Source: Candidatus Sulfomarinibacter sp.
Lineage (GTDB): Bacteria; Acidobacteriota; Thermoanaerobaculia; Thermoanaerobaculales; Sulfomarinibacteraceae
Assembly (NCBI GenBank): GCA_041560205.1
Contig: JBFFBV010000003.1
Location: 2,211 to 66,210 of the forward strand
Direction of reading: 5' to 3'
DNA: 64,000 nt
The notes beneath the pieces are model-generated. The model was given only the letters and a program-made list of their open reading frames with translations. It was not told the origin of the DNA and made no database searches. Positions within the stretch are counted from its first letter, which is position 1, and each line of letters starts with the position of its first letter. Shown here piece after piece: positions 13,973 to 23,330 of this stretch. Both the position numbers and the translations under genes were made by a program.

Positions 13973-15719
13973 GGCCCCGCCGACCTTCGGCTCGCGCCAT
14001 GGCGAGTGACGATCGCAAGGCGGCACCGACAAGCCGAAACGGCGTCACCGCAGCGGGCGGTGTGAGATTCCCCGATCGCCACCGGCGGAGCGCCTCCTGG
14101 CGGCGGATCTTCCCCGACGAGGTGCGGGGAAGAGTCCCCGCCTCGAGGACCTCGACGTGGTCCGCCTCGAGCCCGGTCGCGGCCAGCACCGATCGCGCCA
14201 CCTCCTCGGCCACCTCGACAAGGCGGTCGGGAGCCAGGCCCTTCCTCGCCTCGACCATGACGATCAGAGCCTCGGTGTCCGCTCCCTCGGGCATGAATGA
14301 CGCGGCCGCACAGCAGCCGGTGCGCACGCCGCTCACGGAGTCCGCGGCGTGCTCGACTTCGACCGGCGAGTGGTTGCGCCCGCGCAGGATGAGCACGTCC
14401 TTGGCGCGCCCCGTCAGATAGAGCTCCCCGTCGGCGACGAAGCCGAGGTCGCCGGTGTCGAGCCAGCCATCTCTGACGGCGCGGGCCGTCGCGCCTTCGA
14501 GCCCGAAGTAGCCCTCCATCAACGAGGGCCCGCGAACCTGCACGCGACCGACACGTCGTTCGGGCAGCTCACGTTGCTCACGATCAACGATCCGCAGCGA
14601 AAAGTCGGGCAGCGGCCGACCCACCGACACGATCTCCGATCCGCTCGCGTCGTCTCTCGCCTCGCCTTCTTCGGCCAGCGCCAGACGATCGAATCGCTTG
14701 CACACGAAGTTCCTGTCGATGCTGGAGAAGGTCACCGCGAGCGACGCCTCCGACAGCCCGTAGACCGGCGTCAGCGCCTCGGGACGAAAGCCCCAGGCGG
14801 CGAATCGACGCTGGAAGCGTCGCAGCACCTCGGCCGCTACCGGCTCGGCGCCGTTGAGGGCCACCCGCCAGGACGACAGGTCGACGCCCTCGAGCTCCTC
14901 GTCGCGGATGCGGTCGACGCACAGGCCGTAGGCGAAGTTGGGCGCCGGCGAGACAGTCGCCCGGAATCTCGAGATCGCACGGAGCCAGGACGCCGGTCGG
15001 GCGACGAAGAGCTCGGGCGGAATCAGGGTCAGGGTCGCGCCCCGCTCGAGCGCCGGGAAGACACAACCGATCAGGCCCATGTCGTGGTACAGCGGCAACC
15101 AGCTCGCGCCGCTGTGGACGACCCCGTTTCCGTCCGGCCAGAAAGCGTTGAGGCGGACGGTCTGCGCGACGACCGCACGGTGGCTGAGGGCGACCGGCTT
15201 TGGCTCGACCGTTGTGCCCGAGGAGAACTGCACGAGCGCGAGGTCGCCTTCCGCCGACGACACCGAGCACGGTTCGGCCCGTTGCAGCTCCTCGAGAGTG
15301 CGGCACCCCGCACTCGGCCGGGCCGCCTCGATCGCCGGGCCGAGGAGCCTGCGGACCCTTTGCTCCGCCAGCACAAGGTTGGCGTCGACCGCTCGGAGCA
15401 TCGCGGCCGTTCGATCGTGGTACGAATCGAGCCTGCCGAGCCGCACCGGTGGGTACAGCGGCACCGGTACCGCGCCCGCTTGCAGGATCCCGAAGAAGGC
15501 TTCGAAGAACTCCGCACAGGTCGGGTACACCAGGGCCACCCGGTCGCCGGGTGTGACGCCGCCGGCGAGGATCCGACCGGCGACCGCCCGCGCACGATCG
15601 TGGATCTCCGGCCACGGCAGCCATCTGGCACGCTCGCGCTGGTCGAGGATTCTCAGTCCTCCGTCCTCCGAGGCCGCCGCCAGCTCGAGCAGACGGTTGA
15701 TGGTCACCGCATCAGTCAT
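13965..15719 (-). CDS. Fatty acyl-AMP ligase (FAAL, FadD32-like)
   Basis: AMP-binding motifs (LVQFSSGTTVEPKPV; GDLGF; SSGKIRR). The N-terminal architecture is typical of FAALs. An ACP gene lies immediately upstream. Confidence 0.9.
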   Translation of the reverse strand: MTDAVTINRLLELAAASEDGGLRILDQRERARWLPWPEIHDRARAVAGRILAGGVTPGDRVALVYPTCAEFFEAFFGILQAGAVPVPLYPPVRLGRLDSYHDRTAAMLRAVDANLVLAEQRVRRLLGPAIEAARPSAGCRTLEELQRAEPCSVSSAEGDLALVQFSSGTTVEPKPVALSHRAVVAQTVRLNAFWPDGNGVVHSGASWLPLYHDMGLIGCVFPALERGATLTLIPPELFVARPASWLRAISRFRATVSPAPNFAYGLCVDRIRDEELEGVDLSSWRVALNGAEPVAAEVLRRFQRRFAAWGFRPEALTPVYGLSEASLAVTFSSIDRNFVCKRFDRLALAEEGEARDDASGSEIVSVGRPLPDFSLRIVDREQRELPERRVGRVQVRGPSLMEGYFGLEGATARAVRDGWLDTGDLGFVADGELYLTGRAKDVLILRGRNHSPVEVEHAADSVSGVRTGCCAAASFMPEGADTEALIVMVEARKGLAPDRLVEVAEEVARSVLAATGLEADHVEVLEAGTLPRTSSGKIRRQEALRRWRSGNLTPPAAVTPFRLVGAALRSSLAMARAEGRRGHG

Positions 15720-15954
15720 CGAGCTGCTCCCGGATCATGGCGACGAGCTCACCGACGGTCGTGACGACGGTCTCGTCGTCGAGGCACACCCGAAAGTGAT
15801 TCTCGACCTCGAGGGCCAGCGTCAGGCTTTTGAGCGAGTCGAGCTCGAGGTCCTCCACCAGCCGCAGCTCGGGGCGCAGCTCTCCATCCCAGCCGAGATG
15901 GGCACGCGCGACCTCGGCGACGGCGTCCAGGATCCACTGCTCGGAGACGCTCAT
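15712..15954 (-). CDS. Acyl carrier protein
   Basis: 80 aa from the ATG at 15954. Phosphopantetheine site LELDSLKSLTL. 8-nt overlap with the FAAL start and 4-nt overlap with the upstream methyltransferase. Confidence 0.85.
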   Translation of the reverse strand: MSVSEQWILDAVAEVARAHLGWDGELRPELRLVEDLELDSLKSLTLALEVENHFRVCLDDETVVTTVGELVAMIREQLDD

Positions 15955-16508
15955 CCTGCGCTCCTCGAGGCGAGGTCTCCGAGCGCTCCGTTCTCGACCC
16001 GGAGTCGTTCGCGAAGGAGCACCCCATTCGCGGCGCTGAAGATGATCGCCGTCAGCCACGCACCGTGGACCAGGGGAATCGAGAGGATCTCGAGCGCGAC
16101 CACCAGGTAGTTTGGATGTCGGAGCCAGCGGTAGGGTCCGTCGTTCACGAACTTCTCGCCCGGGACCACCAGAACGCGGGTCGTCCACCGTTCGCCAAGT
16201 GTGCTGAGCGTCCACCATCGAAGGGCGAGCGCCGCGACCAGGATCGAGACCGCCGCGACGGCCAGAGCCGGCCGCCACGGCCGCTCGAGCAGCCAGACCT
16301 CGGCGAGACACGCCAGGATGAACCCGGTGTGCAGCACGACCATCCATGGATAGTGGCCGGCCCCGACCTCGATCGCACCCCGCGCCCGCAGCGCACGTTC
16401 ATGGTGCCGGGACACGCGGAGCTCCCACAAACGCTGCACGGCGATGGCGGCGATCACCACCGTGTACGCAAGGCGCGAATCGATGCCGATCACCGTCCCA
16501 CCCATCAT
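15951..16508 (-). CDS. Isoprenylcysteine carboxyl methyltransferase-family membrane methyltransferase (SrsB/FtpB-like)
   Basis: Hydrophobic 185-aa protein with GPYRWLRHPNYLVVALEILSIPL, the ICMT/PEMT-family signature. Confidence 0.85.
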   Translation of the reverse strand: MMGGTVIGIDSRLAYTVVIAAIAVQRLWELRVSRHHERALRARGAIEVGAGHYPWMVVLHTGFILACLAEVWLLERPWRPALAVAAVSILVAALALRWWTLSTLGERWTTRVLVVPGEKFVNDGPYRWLRHPNYLVVALEILSIPLVHGAWLTAIIFSAANGVLLRERLRVENGALGDLASRSAG

Positions 16509-17569
16509 GCATCCCAGCTCAGGAGGACCAGCTCGGAGCAGAAGCCCGGTCCCATGGCGGTCATCAGCCCCAAGCTCTCCGCCGGCGGCGGCGACTCGAG
16601 AACCTCCTCCAGCACCAGGAGGACCGACGTCGACGAGAGGTTGCCGACCTCCCGCAGGGTCCTCCAGGCTCCATCGAGCGCCCCATCTGGAAGCTCCAAC
16701 GCCTCCTGCATCGCTTCCAGCACCCTCGGCCCTCCGGGATGCGTGATCCAGACCGCCACATCCTTCCTTTGCAGACCGTGCTCGTCGAGGAACGCGTCGA
16801 CATCCCGCCGCAGATAGCGGCGGACCATCTCGGGCACCTCGGCCGAGAGGACGATCTTGAATCCTCGCTCCGACACGTCCCAGCCCATGACCCTCTCGGT
16901 ATCGGGGTAGAAGGAAGAACAGCTGTCGACAATTCTCGGCCCGGTTGGAGACCTCTCCTCCCCCACCAGGACCGCGGCCGCTGCGCCGTCACCAAAGAGC
17001 CCGGAACCGATCAGGTTCTCCACCGACAGATCATCGCGCTGCAGCGTCAGCGAGCACAGCTCCACCGACAGCAACACGGCGACGTCCTTCGGGTGGCCCT
17101 TCAAATAGTCGGCGGCGCGCGCGACCCCGGCGGCCCCGGCGAGGCAACCGAGGCCGAAGATCGGCACCCGCTTCACGCGTGACGGCAGCGACAGGCGGTT
17201 CATCAGGCGGGCGTCGATTGACGGTGTGGCGACACCGGTCACCGTCGTGAAGAACAGCGCGTCGACGTCGTCGACCTCGAGTCCCGCGCGTTCGAGGGCC
17301 TGCGTCACCGCCTGGCCGCCGATCTCCTCCGCGACCCTGATCCAGTGGTCGTTGGCCTGGCCCCAGTTCTCGATTTTCAGGTATTCCTCCATCGGCAGGG
17401 CGAGGTGCCGGCCGCCGACCAGCACGTTGCGGTGGAGCTTCTCGATCCGTTCGACGTTGTGATAGCGCCCGGCCCACTGCTCGCGAAAAGCCGCCAGCAG
17501 CGTCTCCTGGTCGTAGTGGTGCTCCGGCAGCGCCGAACCGACGGCGGTGATTCTCACGACGCTTCGCAC
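16505..17569 (-). CDS. Type III polyketide synthase (chalcone-synthase superfamily)
   Basis: GTG at 17569 follows GGGAG. Active-site Cys context VPIFGLGCLAGAAG. C-terminal HPGGPRVL and GPGF motifs. Confidence 0.92.
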   Translation of the reverse strand: MRSVVRITAVGSALPEHHYDQETLLAAFREQWAGRYHNVERIEKLHRNVLVGGRHLALPMEEYLKIENWGQANDHWIRVAEEIGGQAVTQALERAGLEVDDVDALFFTTVTGVATPSIDARLMNRLSLPSRVKRVPIFGLGCLAGAAGVARAADYLKGHPKDVAVLLSVELCSLTLQRDDLSVENLIGSGLFGDGAAAAVLVGEERSPTGPRIVDSCSSFYPDTERVMGWDVSERGFKIVLSAEVPEMVRRYLRRDVDAFLDEHGLQRKDVAVWITHPGGPRVLEAMQEALELPDGALDGAWRTLREVGNLSSTSVLLVLEEVLESPPPAESLGLMTAMGPGFCSELVLLSWDA

Positions 17570-17737
17570 CCGACTCCCGGGGCGCCCCGCCCCGGTCCCA
17601 TGGATCTCGAAAATGCTTTCAGCCGTTCCATCGCCGTGTGCAACAGGGATGTGCGCCCGTGTATTGCTTCTCGATTCGCCGCCGGAACCTGGATCCGGCG
17701 CTCGCGAAGCCGCTGTTTCCGGTTAGCATGGGGCGCG

Positions 17738-19879
17738 ATGGCCGTGAGCGACAGGTCCCCCCGTTCGACGGAATGGATCCGTTCAGCGCTGGTCTCGGTG
17801 GCGGCGGTGGCCGTCACCGGCGTGGCCTGGCTTCTCGGATGGTTGCCGCCGATGGAACGCGTGACGGGCGACTTTCTCCTTCGCACGTCGACCACCGAAA
17901 GCGGCCGTGACCCGCAGGTGATCGCGGTTCTGATCGATGATCTGGCGGTCGACCGCCTGGGACCTCTTCCCTGGCCCCGCGACAGGTTGGCCGACCTGAT
18001 CGCCGCCGTTCATGATTCAGGCGCGACCGGCGTTGCCATCGATCTCATCCTTTCGGATGCAAGCACGGTCGAGGCCGATCGGGCCCTCGCCGAGGCGCTT
18101 GCAGGCTCGCCAAAGGTTTTGGCCGCCGCCTTCGACAAAGACGGCAAGTGGTTGCTTCCGATTCCCGCCCTCGGCGGCGCGGCATCCGCAGCCCACGCCT
18201 ACGGTGAGGTCGGCCCCGACGGCGTCGTTCGAACGGTCGCAGCCACCAAGCAAGCGCACGGTCTTTCCCTCCCCGCCCTGTCGCTCGCCGCTGCGAGGCT
18301 GGTGATGCCCGAGATCGCAATCGAGGCGGGAGTCGAGATCCGACCCGAGTTCCGACCGGCCCCTCAGTCCCTCCCGATCCTCAGCGCGGCGAGAATTCTC
18401 GACGGCTCATTCGATCGCAACGAGATTTCAGGGCGGCTCGTGTTCATCGGCCTCTCGGCGACCGGGGCCGGAGACCAGTTCGTCGTTCCCACGGGCCCGC
18501 GTCACGCGCCCGTACCGGGTGTGGTGGCGCACGCCTCGGCCGCGACCTCGATCATCCATGGCCGACTCCTTCGAGTTCTCGATTTCTGGTGGACTCTGGC
18601 CGCTGCGGTCATTCTCTCCTTCGGCGTCCAGGTGATCCGAAACCGCCGCGGCGCATTCGATATCGCCTCGTTCATGGGCCTCGCCGTCGGCCTCGTTCTG
18701 ATCGCGTCCGCCGCTGTCCGTTTCGGTCTGCTCTTGATGCCCGCGACGACGCTGCTCACAGCGGCCGTCATGTCGGCACTCCTCCGGGAAGCGATCGAAT
18801 CGCGGTCGGCCCGGCTCGAGAGCGGCCGCCTGCTGCAGGCGTTGCTCGAACACGTCGGTGCCACGCGATCTGCTGTACCACGCACCGCGCATACCCGTCT
18901 CGGAGCGCTGCGCCGTCTCCAGGAGCGTGTTCTGGAGGAGGACGCGACCCGCAGGGCCCTGCTCACGGGAATGGACGAAGGTGTCGTTTTGTGGAACGCG
19001 GCCGGCGAGGTGGTGCTCGCCAACCCGGCCGCGGAGCGGCTCTGGGGGAGTCTGGCGGAGCTCGGCGAGCTCGCGTCCGGCCCGGTAACACCCGATCCGC
19101 TCGTGGTGCCCCGCGGCGGTCGCCAGCTCGCGGTCGGACTGACCGACCTCGAGCGCGGCCGGCTCGCCATCATTCGGGACATCTCTGCCGAGCACGCGCT
19201 GGAGCGCCGTCGCCAGGAGATGCAGCGGCTCGTTTCCCACGAGCTCAAGACGCCGCTCGCCTCGATCGCCGGTTTCGGGGAAGCCCTCGAACGCTACGAG
19301 CTCTCCGCTGATGAGCAGCGGAGGGTCGCCGCGCTGATCCGCGGGGAGGCGGGACGCTTGCAGGAGATGGTGACGGTCTTTCTCGATCTCGAGCGCTTGG
19401 GTGGCGGCCACTGGGTCGGATCGACTGACGAGGTCGATTTCGGGCGGCTGGTCACATCCCGTCTCGAGGTCCTCGAGGCCGCGGCCAATGCCAGGGGTCT
19501 GGAGCTCCGTGCGTCCATCGAGGACGACTGCAAAGTCCACGGTGTGCCCGCCCTGCTCGATCGAGTGGTCGACAATCTGGTCGGCAACGCCATCAAATAT
19601 TCCGCCGAGGACACGTGGGTGGATATCGGAGTTGAGCGAGAGGGCGAGAACATCGTGATGCGCGTGCGCGACTGCGGGCCCGGAATTCCCGAGCAGCATC
19701 GACAGCGGATCTTCGACCGTTTCTACCGTATTCCCGGCTCACCCGGCGCCGGAGCCGGTCTGGGGCTTGCCCTCGCCAAGGAGGTGGTCGATTGGCACGG
19801 AGGATGCATAGAAATGGAGAGTGAGATCGGGGCCGGCAGCACCCTGATGGTCCGGCTGCCGGTCTCGGGGGAGACGTAG
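17738..19879 (+). CDS. CHASE2-PAS sensor histidine kinase
   Basis: ATG at 17738. CHASE2-like IAVLIDDLAVDRLGPLPWPRDRLADLI...GVAIDLILSD, TM cluster, PAS (MDEGVVLWNAAGEVVLANPAAERLWG), HisKA SHELKTPLASI, HATPase GLGLALAKEVV. Confidence 0.85.
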   Translation: MAVSDRSPRSTEWIRSALVSVAAVAVTGVAWLLGWLPPMERVTGDFLLRTSTTESGRDPQVIAVLIDDLAVDRLGPLPWPRDRLADLIAAVHDSGATGVAIDLILSDASTVEADRALAEALAGSPKVLAAAFDKDGKWLLPIPALGGAASAAHAYGEVGPDGVVRTVAATKQAHGLSLPALSLAAARLVMPEIAIEAGVEIRPEFRPAPQSLPILSAARILDGSFDRNEISGRLVFIGLSATGAGDQFVVPTGPRHAPVPGVVAHASAATSIIHGRLLRVLDFWWTLAAAVILSFGVQVIRNRRGAFDIASFMGLAVGLVLIASAAVRFGLLLMPATTLLTAAVMSALLREAIESRSARLESGRLLQALLEHVGATRSAVPRTAHTRLGALRRLQERVLEEDATRRALLTGMDEGVVLWNAAGEVVLANPAAERLWGSLAELGELASGPVTPDPLVVPRGGRQLAVGLTDLERGRLAIIRDISAEHALERRRQEMQRLVSHELKTPLASIAGFGEALERYELSADEQRRVAALIRGEAGRLQEMVTVFLDLERLGGGHWVGSTDEVDFGRLVTSRLEVLEAAANARGLELRASIEDDCKVHGVPALLDRVVDNLVGNAIKYSAEDTWVDIGVEREGENIVMRVRDCGPGIPEQHRQRIFDRFYRIPGSPGAGAGLGLALAKEVVDWHGGCIEMESEIGAGSTLMVRLPVSGET

Positions 19880-19882
19880 CCA

Positions 19883-21247
19883 GTGAAAGCGGCACGCATT
19901 CTCGTCGTCGACGACGACACGGCCATGCGCGAGATGATGGCCCTGGCCCTCGGCAAGGAAGGATTCGAGGTTCGCACGGCGGCGACGGCCGACGAGGCGC
20001 GAGAGGCTTTCGAGTCGACGAATTTCGACGTGATCGTCACCGACATCTATCTCGGAGACGGCACCGGCATCGAGCTCCTCGAGCACTCCGGCGAAGCCTG
20101 CCCCGACGCGAGGGTCATCCTCGTGACCGCCCACGGGACGGTCGAGACCGCCGCCTCGGCGCGCCGGCTCGGCGTCTTCGATTACCTCGCCAAGCCCTTC
20201 GAGGTGGAGACCCTGGTGACGCGGGTCCACGCGGCCATGCAGGCGGCCCCGGGGGGAGGCGCCGAGGTCGAGCTCGGCCCCGAGTCGATGATCGTCGGCA
20301 ACGATCCGTCGATCGTCGAGGTCTACAACGCCGTTGCGCGCGTCGCGCCGCTGCCGATACCGGTGCTCCTGCACGGCGAAACCGGCACCGGCAAGGAGCT
20401 GATCGCGCGGGCCCTCCACCGTTTCGGCGCCAACCCGGAGGCGCCCTTCGTTCCGCTGAATTGCGGCGCCATCCCGGAGAACCTGCTCGAGAGCGAGCTC
20501 TTCGGGCACCGCAGAGGATCGTTCACGGGGGCCGACCGAGACCACCGGGGTGCGATCGAGGCGGCTCGCGGGGGCACCCTCTTCCTCGACGAGGTCGGCG
20601 AGCTGCCCGCCGCCCTCCAGGTCAAGCTCCTGCGGTTCCTGCAATCCGGCGAGGTTCGGCCGGTGGGTGCGGAAAGCGCCGTCCAGGTCCCGGTCCGCAT
20701 CGTCGCTGCAACCAACCGCGATCTGCGGGCGGAGGTGGACGCCGGGGCCTTTCGCGAGGACTTCTTCTATCGGCTTTCAGCCTACGAGATCGTGCTGCCC
20801 CCGCTCCGCGAACGCCGATCCGACATCCCGCTGCTGGTCGAGCACTTTCGCCGCCGCCATCAGGAAAGGCTCGGTCTCGACCTCCAGCCCGCCAGCGACA
20901 AGGTCATTGCGGCGCTCGCGGCGCACCCGTGGCCCGGCAACGTGCGCGAACTCGAGCACGTCGTGCAGCGGGCGATCGTCGACAGCGGCTCCCTGGCCGA
21001 CCCGGAAAGCGTGCGCCCACTGTTGACCGCAAGCGGCGGGGAGCAGGTGCCGGCCAGGTCTCAGCCTGCCATCGGGGACGAGCTAAGCCTCGAGGAGCTC
21101 GAGAAGCTCCACATCGAAGCGGTGCTGCGCCGCTGCGGCGGAAATCGAACACGGGCGGCCGAGATCCTCGGCATCGAACGGAAATCCTTGTACCGAAAGG
21201 CCAAACGTCTGGGAATCGCCCTCGACGGCGAGGAGGTGGAATCATGA
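19883..21247 (+). CDS. Sigma-54-dependent response regulator (NtrC family)
   Basis: GTG 3 nt after the kinase stop. REC domain (ILVVDDD...D), AAA+ GETGTGKELIARALH, GAFREDFFYRL, C-terminal Fis-type HTH (RTRAAEILGIERKSLYRK). Confidence 0.92.
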   Translation: MKAARILVVDDDTAMREMMALALGKEGFEVRTAATADEAREAFESTNFDVIVTDIYLGDGTGIELLEHSGEACPDARVILVTAHGTVETAASARRLGVFDYLAKPFEVETLVTRVHAAMQAAPGGGAEVELGPESMIVGNDPSIVEVYNAVARVAPLPIPVLLHGETGTGKELIARALHRFGANPEAPFVPLNCGAIPENLLESELFGHRRGSFTGADRDHRGAIEAARGGTLFLDEVGELPAALQVKLLRFLQSGEVRPVGAESAVQVPVRIVAATNRDLRAEVDAGAFREDFFYRLSAYEIVLPPLRERRSDIPLLVEHFRRRHQERLGLDLQPASDKVIAALAAHPWPGNVRELEHVVQRAIVDSGSLADPESVRPLLTASGGEQVPARSQPAIGDELSLEELEKLHIEAVLRRCGGNRTRAAEILGIERKSLYRKAKRLGIALDGEEVES

Positions 21248-21972
21248 GATGGTCCATCGGCACCGTCGCATTGCTGCTCACGGCCCTGCCATTTGTTTTC
21301 GCAGCCGAGGCCCCGGCCAACCTCGAATACGACGTCGTTTCGGTCAAACGCCACCTGTTCCTCGAAACATCAGACGGCGAGAAGGCCGTCCACGCAGGAG
21401 AGCGCGTCCGCTCGGGAGACGTGCTTCGAACCGGCTCACGCTCGAAGACCGAGCTGGCGGCCCCCGCATTCGCCGCGCGCTTCGTCGTCGGATCGAAGAC
21501 GCGCTTCTCGCTCGCCCACGAACAGCCGGGCGTGCTGCTCGAGATCCAGCGCGGGAGCCTTCGCGCCATTTTCGGCACGCTCGGCGAAGGCGATCAGCGG
21601 GAACGTCTCGTCACGACCCCCTCGGCGGTGCTGGCCGTCCGCGGCACCGAGTACGGCCTCGAAGTCGAAAAGGACGGTGACACCTCGGTCGCGGTCTTCG
21701 AGGGAATCGTCGAGGTCTGGGAGGCGGCGGGCGTCGGCGAGCGTGTTCGCGTGCAGGCCGGAGAGTCGACCCGGGTCAGACGCGGCAAGGCGCCGTCGCG
21801 GCCAATGCTGCACGGGCTCTCGCCCGGAGATTGGGATCAAAGACGGCGCCGACCCGGCCAATCGATGGGTGGGGCACAGCAGGGGCCGGGAACGAGCATG
21901 GGCGGTCCGCAGGGAAGTGGAGGCTCACGTTCGTCGGGCTCGCAGGGTGGGTCCAAACGACGCGGCGGCTGA
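21244..21972 (+). CDS. Secreted FecR-domain protein with Gly/Ser/Gln-rich tail
   Basis: ATGA overlap with the regulator stop. Signal peptide MRWSIGTVALLLTALPFVFA. FecR-like core (VRSGDVLRTGSRSKTEL...VTTPSAVLAVRGTEYGLEV). Confidence 0.75.
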   Translation: MRWSIGTVALLLTALPFVFAAEAPANLEYDVVSVKRHLFLETSDGEKAVHAGERVRSGDVLRTGSRSKTELAAPAFAARFVVGSKTRFSLAHEQPGVLLEIQRGSLRAIFGTLGEGDQRERLVTTPSAVLAVRGTEYGLEVEKDGDTSVAVFEGIVEVWEAAGVGERVRVQAGESTRVRRGKAPSRPMLHGLSPGDWDQRRRRPGQSMGGAQQGPGTSMGGPQGSGGSRSSGSQGGSKRRGG

Positions 21973-21987
21973 GTCCCTTTGACACGA

Positions 21988-23178
21988 TCACGGGGCGGCG
22001 GTCTGCGTTCTTCGCAGGCGGAGCATCGCCACGACGGCCACCCAACAGGCCAGCAACATGAAAATCGATCCGGTACGGAACGGCCACGCGAAGCCGATCG
22101 TGCCGTAAACGACCTCACCCCAGAATGGGCCGACAATCCGGCCGAGACTCGACATGCCCTGGTAGACACCCATGACGCCACCCACCTCGTCCGGATCGAC
22201 CAGCTTGGAGGTGAAGGCCGAGAGCGACGGGTGGGCGACGCCTTGGCCGAGGGCCAGCACCGCCAGGACGGACAACAGAGGTCCGCGGCTGGACGCGTAC
22301 GGGAGCAACCCGAGCGATACGAAGCTGAGGGCGGTGCCCGCAACGATCAAACGGATCTCGCCGAACCGGGCGGCGAGATGACCCACCAGACCTCCCTGAA
22401 CCACGGCGCCCAGGACACCGGCATAGACGAAGAGCCAGGCGATGGTCGAGGTCTGGAAGCCGAAGCGCAGCCTGGCGAACTGGGCAAAGGTCGTTTCGAA
22501 GTTCGCGAAGGCGAAGATCGTGCAGAAGACCATCAGCAGGCAGAGACCGACCAGTGGATGTGACAGCGCCTCGGCGAGGCTGCTCAGGTTGAGTGGGTGG
22601 CGGCGCGCTTCGCGTCTGGCCTCCGGGGCGAGCGTCTCGGGGAGCCGGGTCAGCACCAGCACGAAGGCGATCAAGGATGCCGCGGCCGCACCGATTCCGG
22701 GCAGCCACGGCGCCACCGTCACCAGCAGGGCGCCGATCGCCGGGCCGAGGATGAAACCGAGCCCGAAGGCGGCGCCGATGATCCCCATCCCTCGTGCCCG
22801 GTCCTCCGGACCGGTGATGTCTGCAATCACTGCCTGTGCGGTGGAGATGTTCCCACCCGAAATGCCGTCGATGATCCGCGAGGCCAAGAGCATGCCGAGC
22901 GACCCTGCGATGCCGAAGAGGACATATCCAAAGGCGGAGCCCAGCAATGAAATCAGCAGGACAGGACGTCGTCCGACCCGGTCCGACAACCTTCCGAGAA
23001 TGGGCGCCGCAATGAACTGCATGATCGAGAACGACGCCATCAACAAACCGAAGATCACCGGCGACGGCCCGTACTGCTCGGCGTAAAGCGGCAGGATCGG
23101 AATCACGATGCCGAAGCCGACCAGATCGATGAAGACGATCAGGAAGATGATGCCGATCTTTGCTCTATGCTGTTTCAA
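21988..23178 (-). CDS. MFS transporter (TetA/DHA1-like efflux pump)
   Basis: 12-TM-like pattern. GRLSDRVGRRPVLLISL matches the MFS motif A context seen in TetA-class pumps. Confidence 0.88.
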   Translation of the reverse strand: MKQHRAKIGIIFLIVFIDLVGFGIVIPILPLYAEQYGPSPVIFGLLMASFSIMQFIAAPILGRLSDRVGRRPVLLISLLGSAFGYVLFGIAGSLGMLLASRIIDGISGGNISTAQAVIADITGPEDRARGMGIIGAAFGLGFILGPAIGALLVTVAPWLPGIGAAAASLIAFVLVLTRLPETLAPEARREARRHPLNLSSLAEALSHPLVGLCLLMVFCTIFAFANFETTFAQFARLRFGFQTSTIAWLFVYAGVLGAVVQGGLVGHLAARFGEIRLIVAGTALSFVSLGLLPYASSRGPLLSVLAVLALGQGVAHPSLSAFTSKLVDPDEVGGVMGVYQGMSSLGRIVGPFWGEVVYGTIGFAWPFRTGSIFMLLACWVAVVAMLRLRRTQTAAP

Positions 23179-23237
23179 GGACTTGGGTCCTCTCTTCGAA
23201 ATCGCTGTAGTTTACACGTGCTTCCGGTCTTTGGTTT

Positions 23238-23325
23238 TGAGGGCGTGAGGGGGTGAGGGCCTGCCCATCCGCAGAGATCTTTCAGACCCGCATCCCCGCA
23301 TTCCCCCATCCCCTCACTCCCTGCG
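23238..23325. repeat. Heptad-stutter hairpin element (TGAGGGC subfamily)
   Basis: TGAGGGCGTGAGGGGGTGAGGGCCTGCCCATCC ... CCCCATCCCCTCACTCCC. G-rich stutter arm and complementary C-rich arm. Ends 6 nt from the trkH stop. Confidence 0.7.
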
Positions 23326-23330
23326 AAGCG

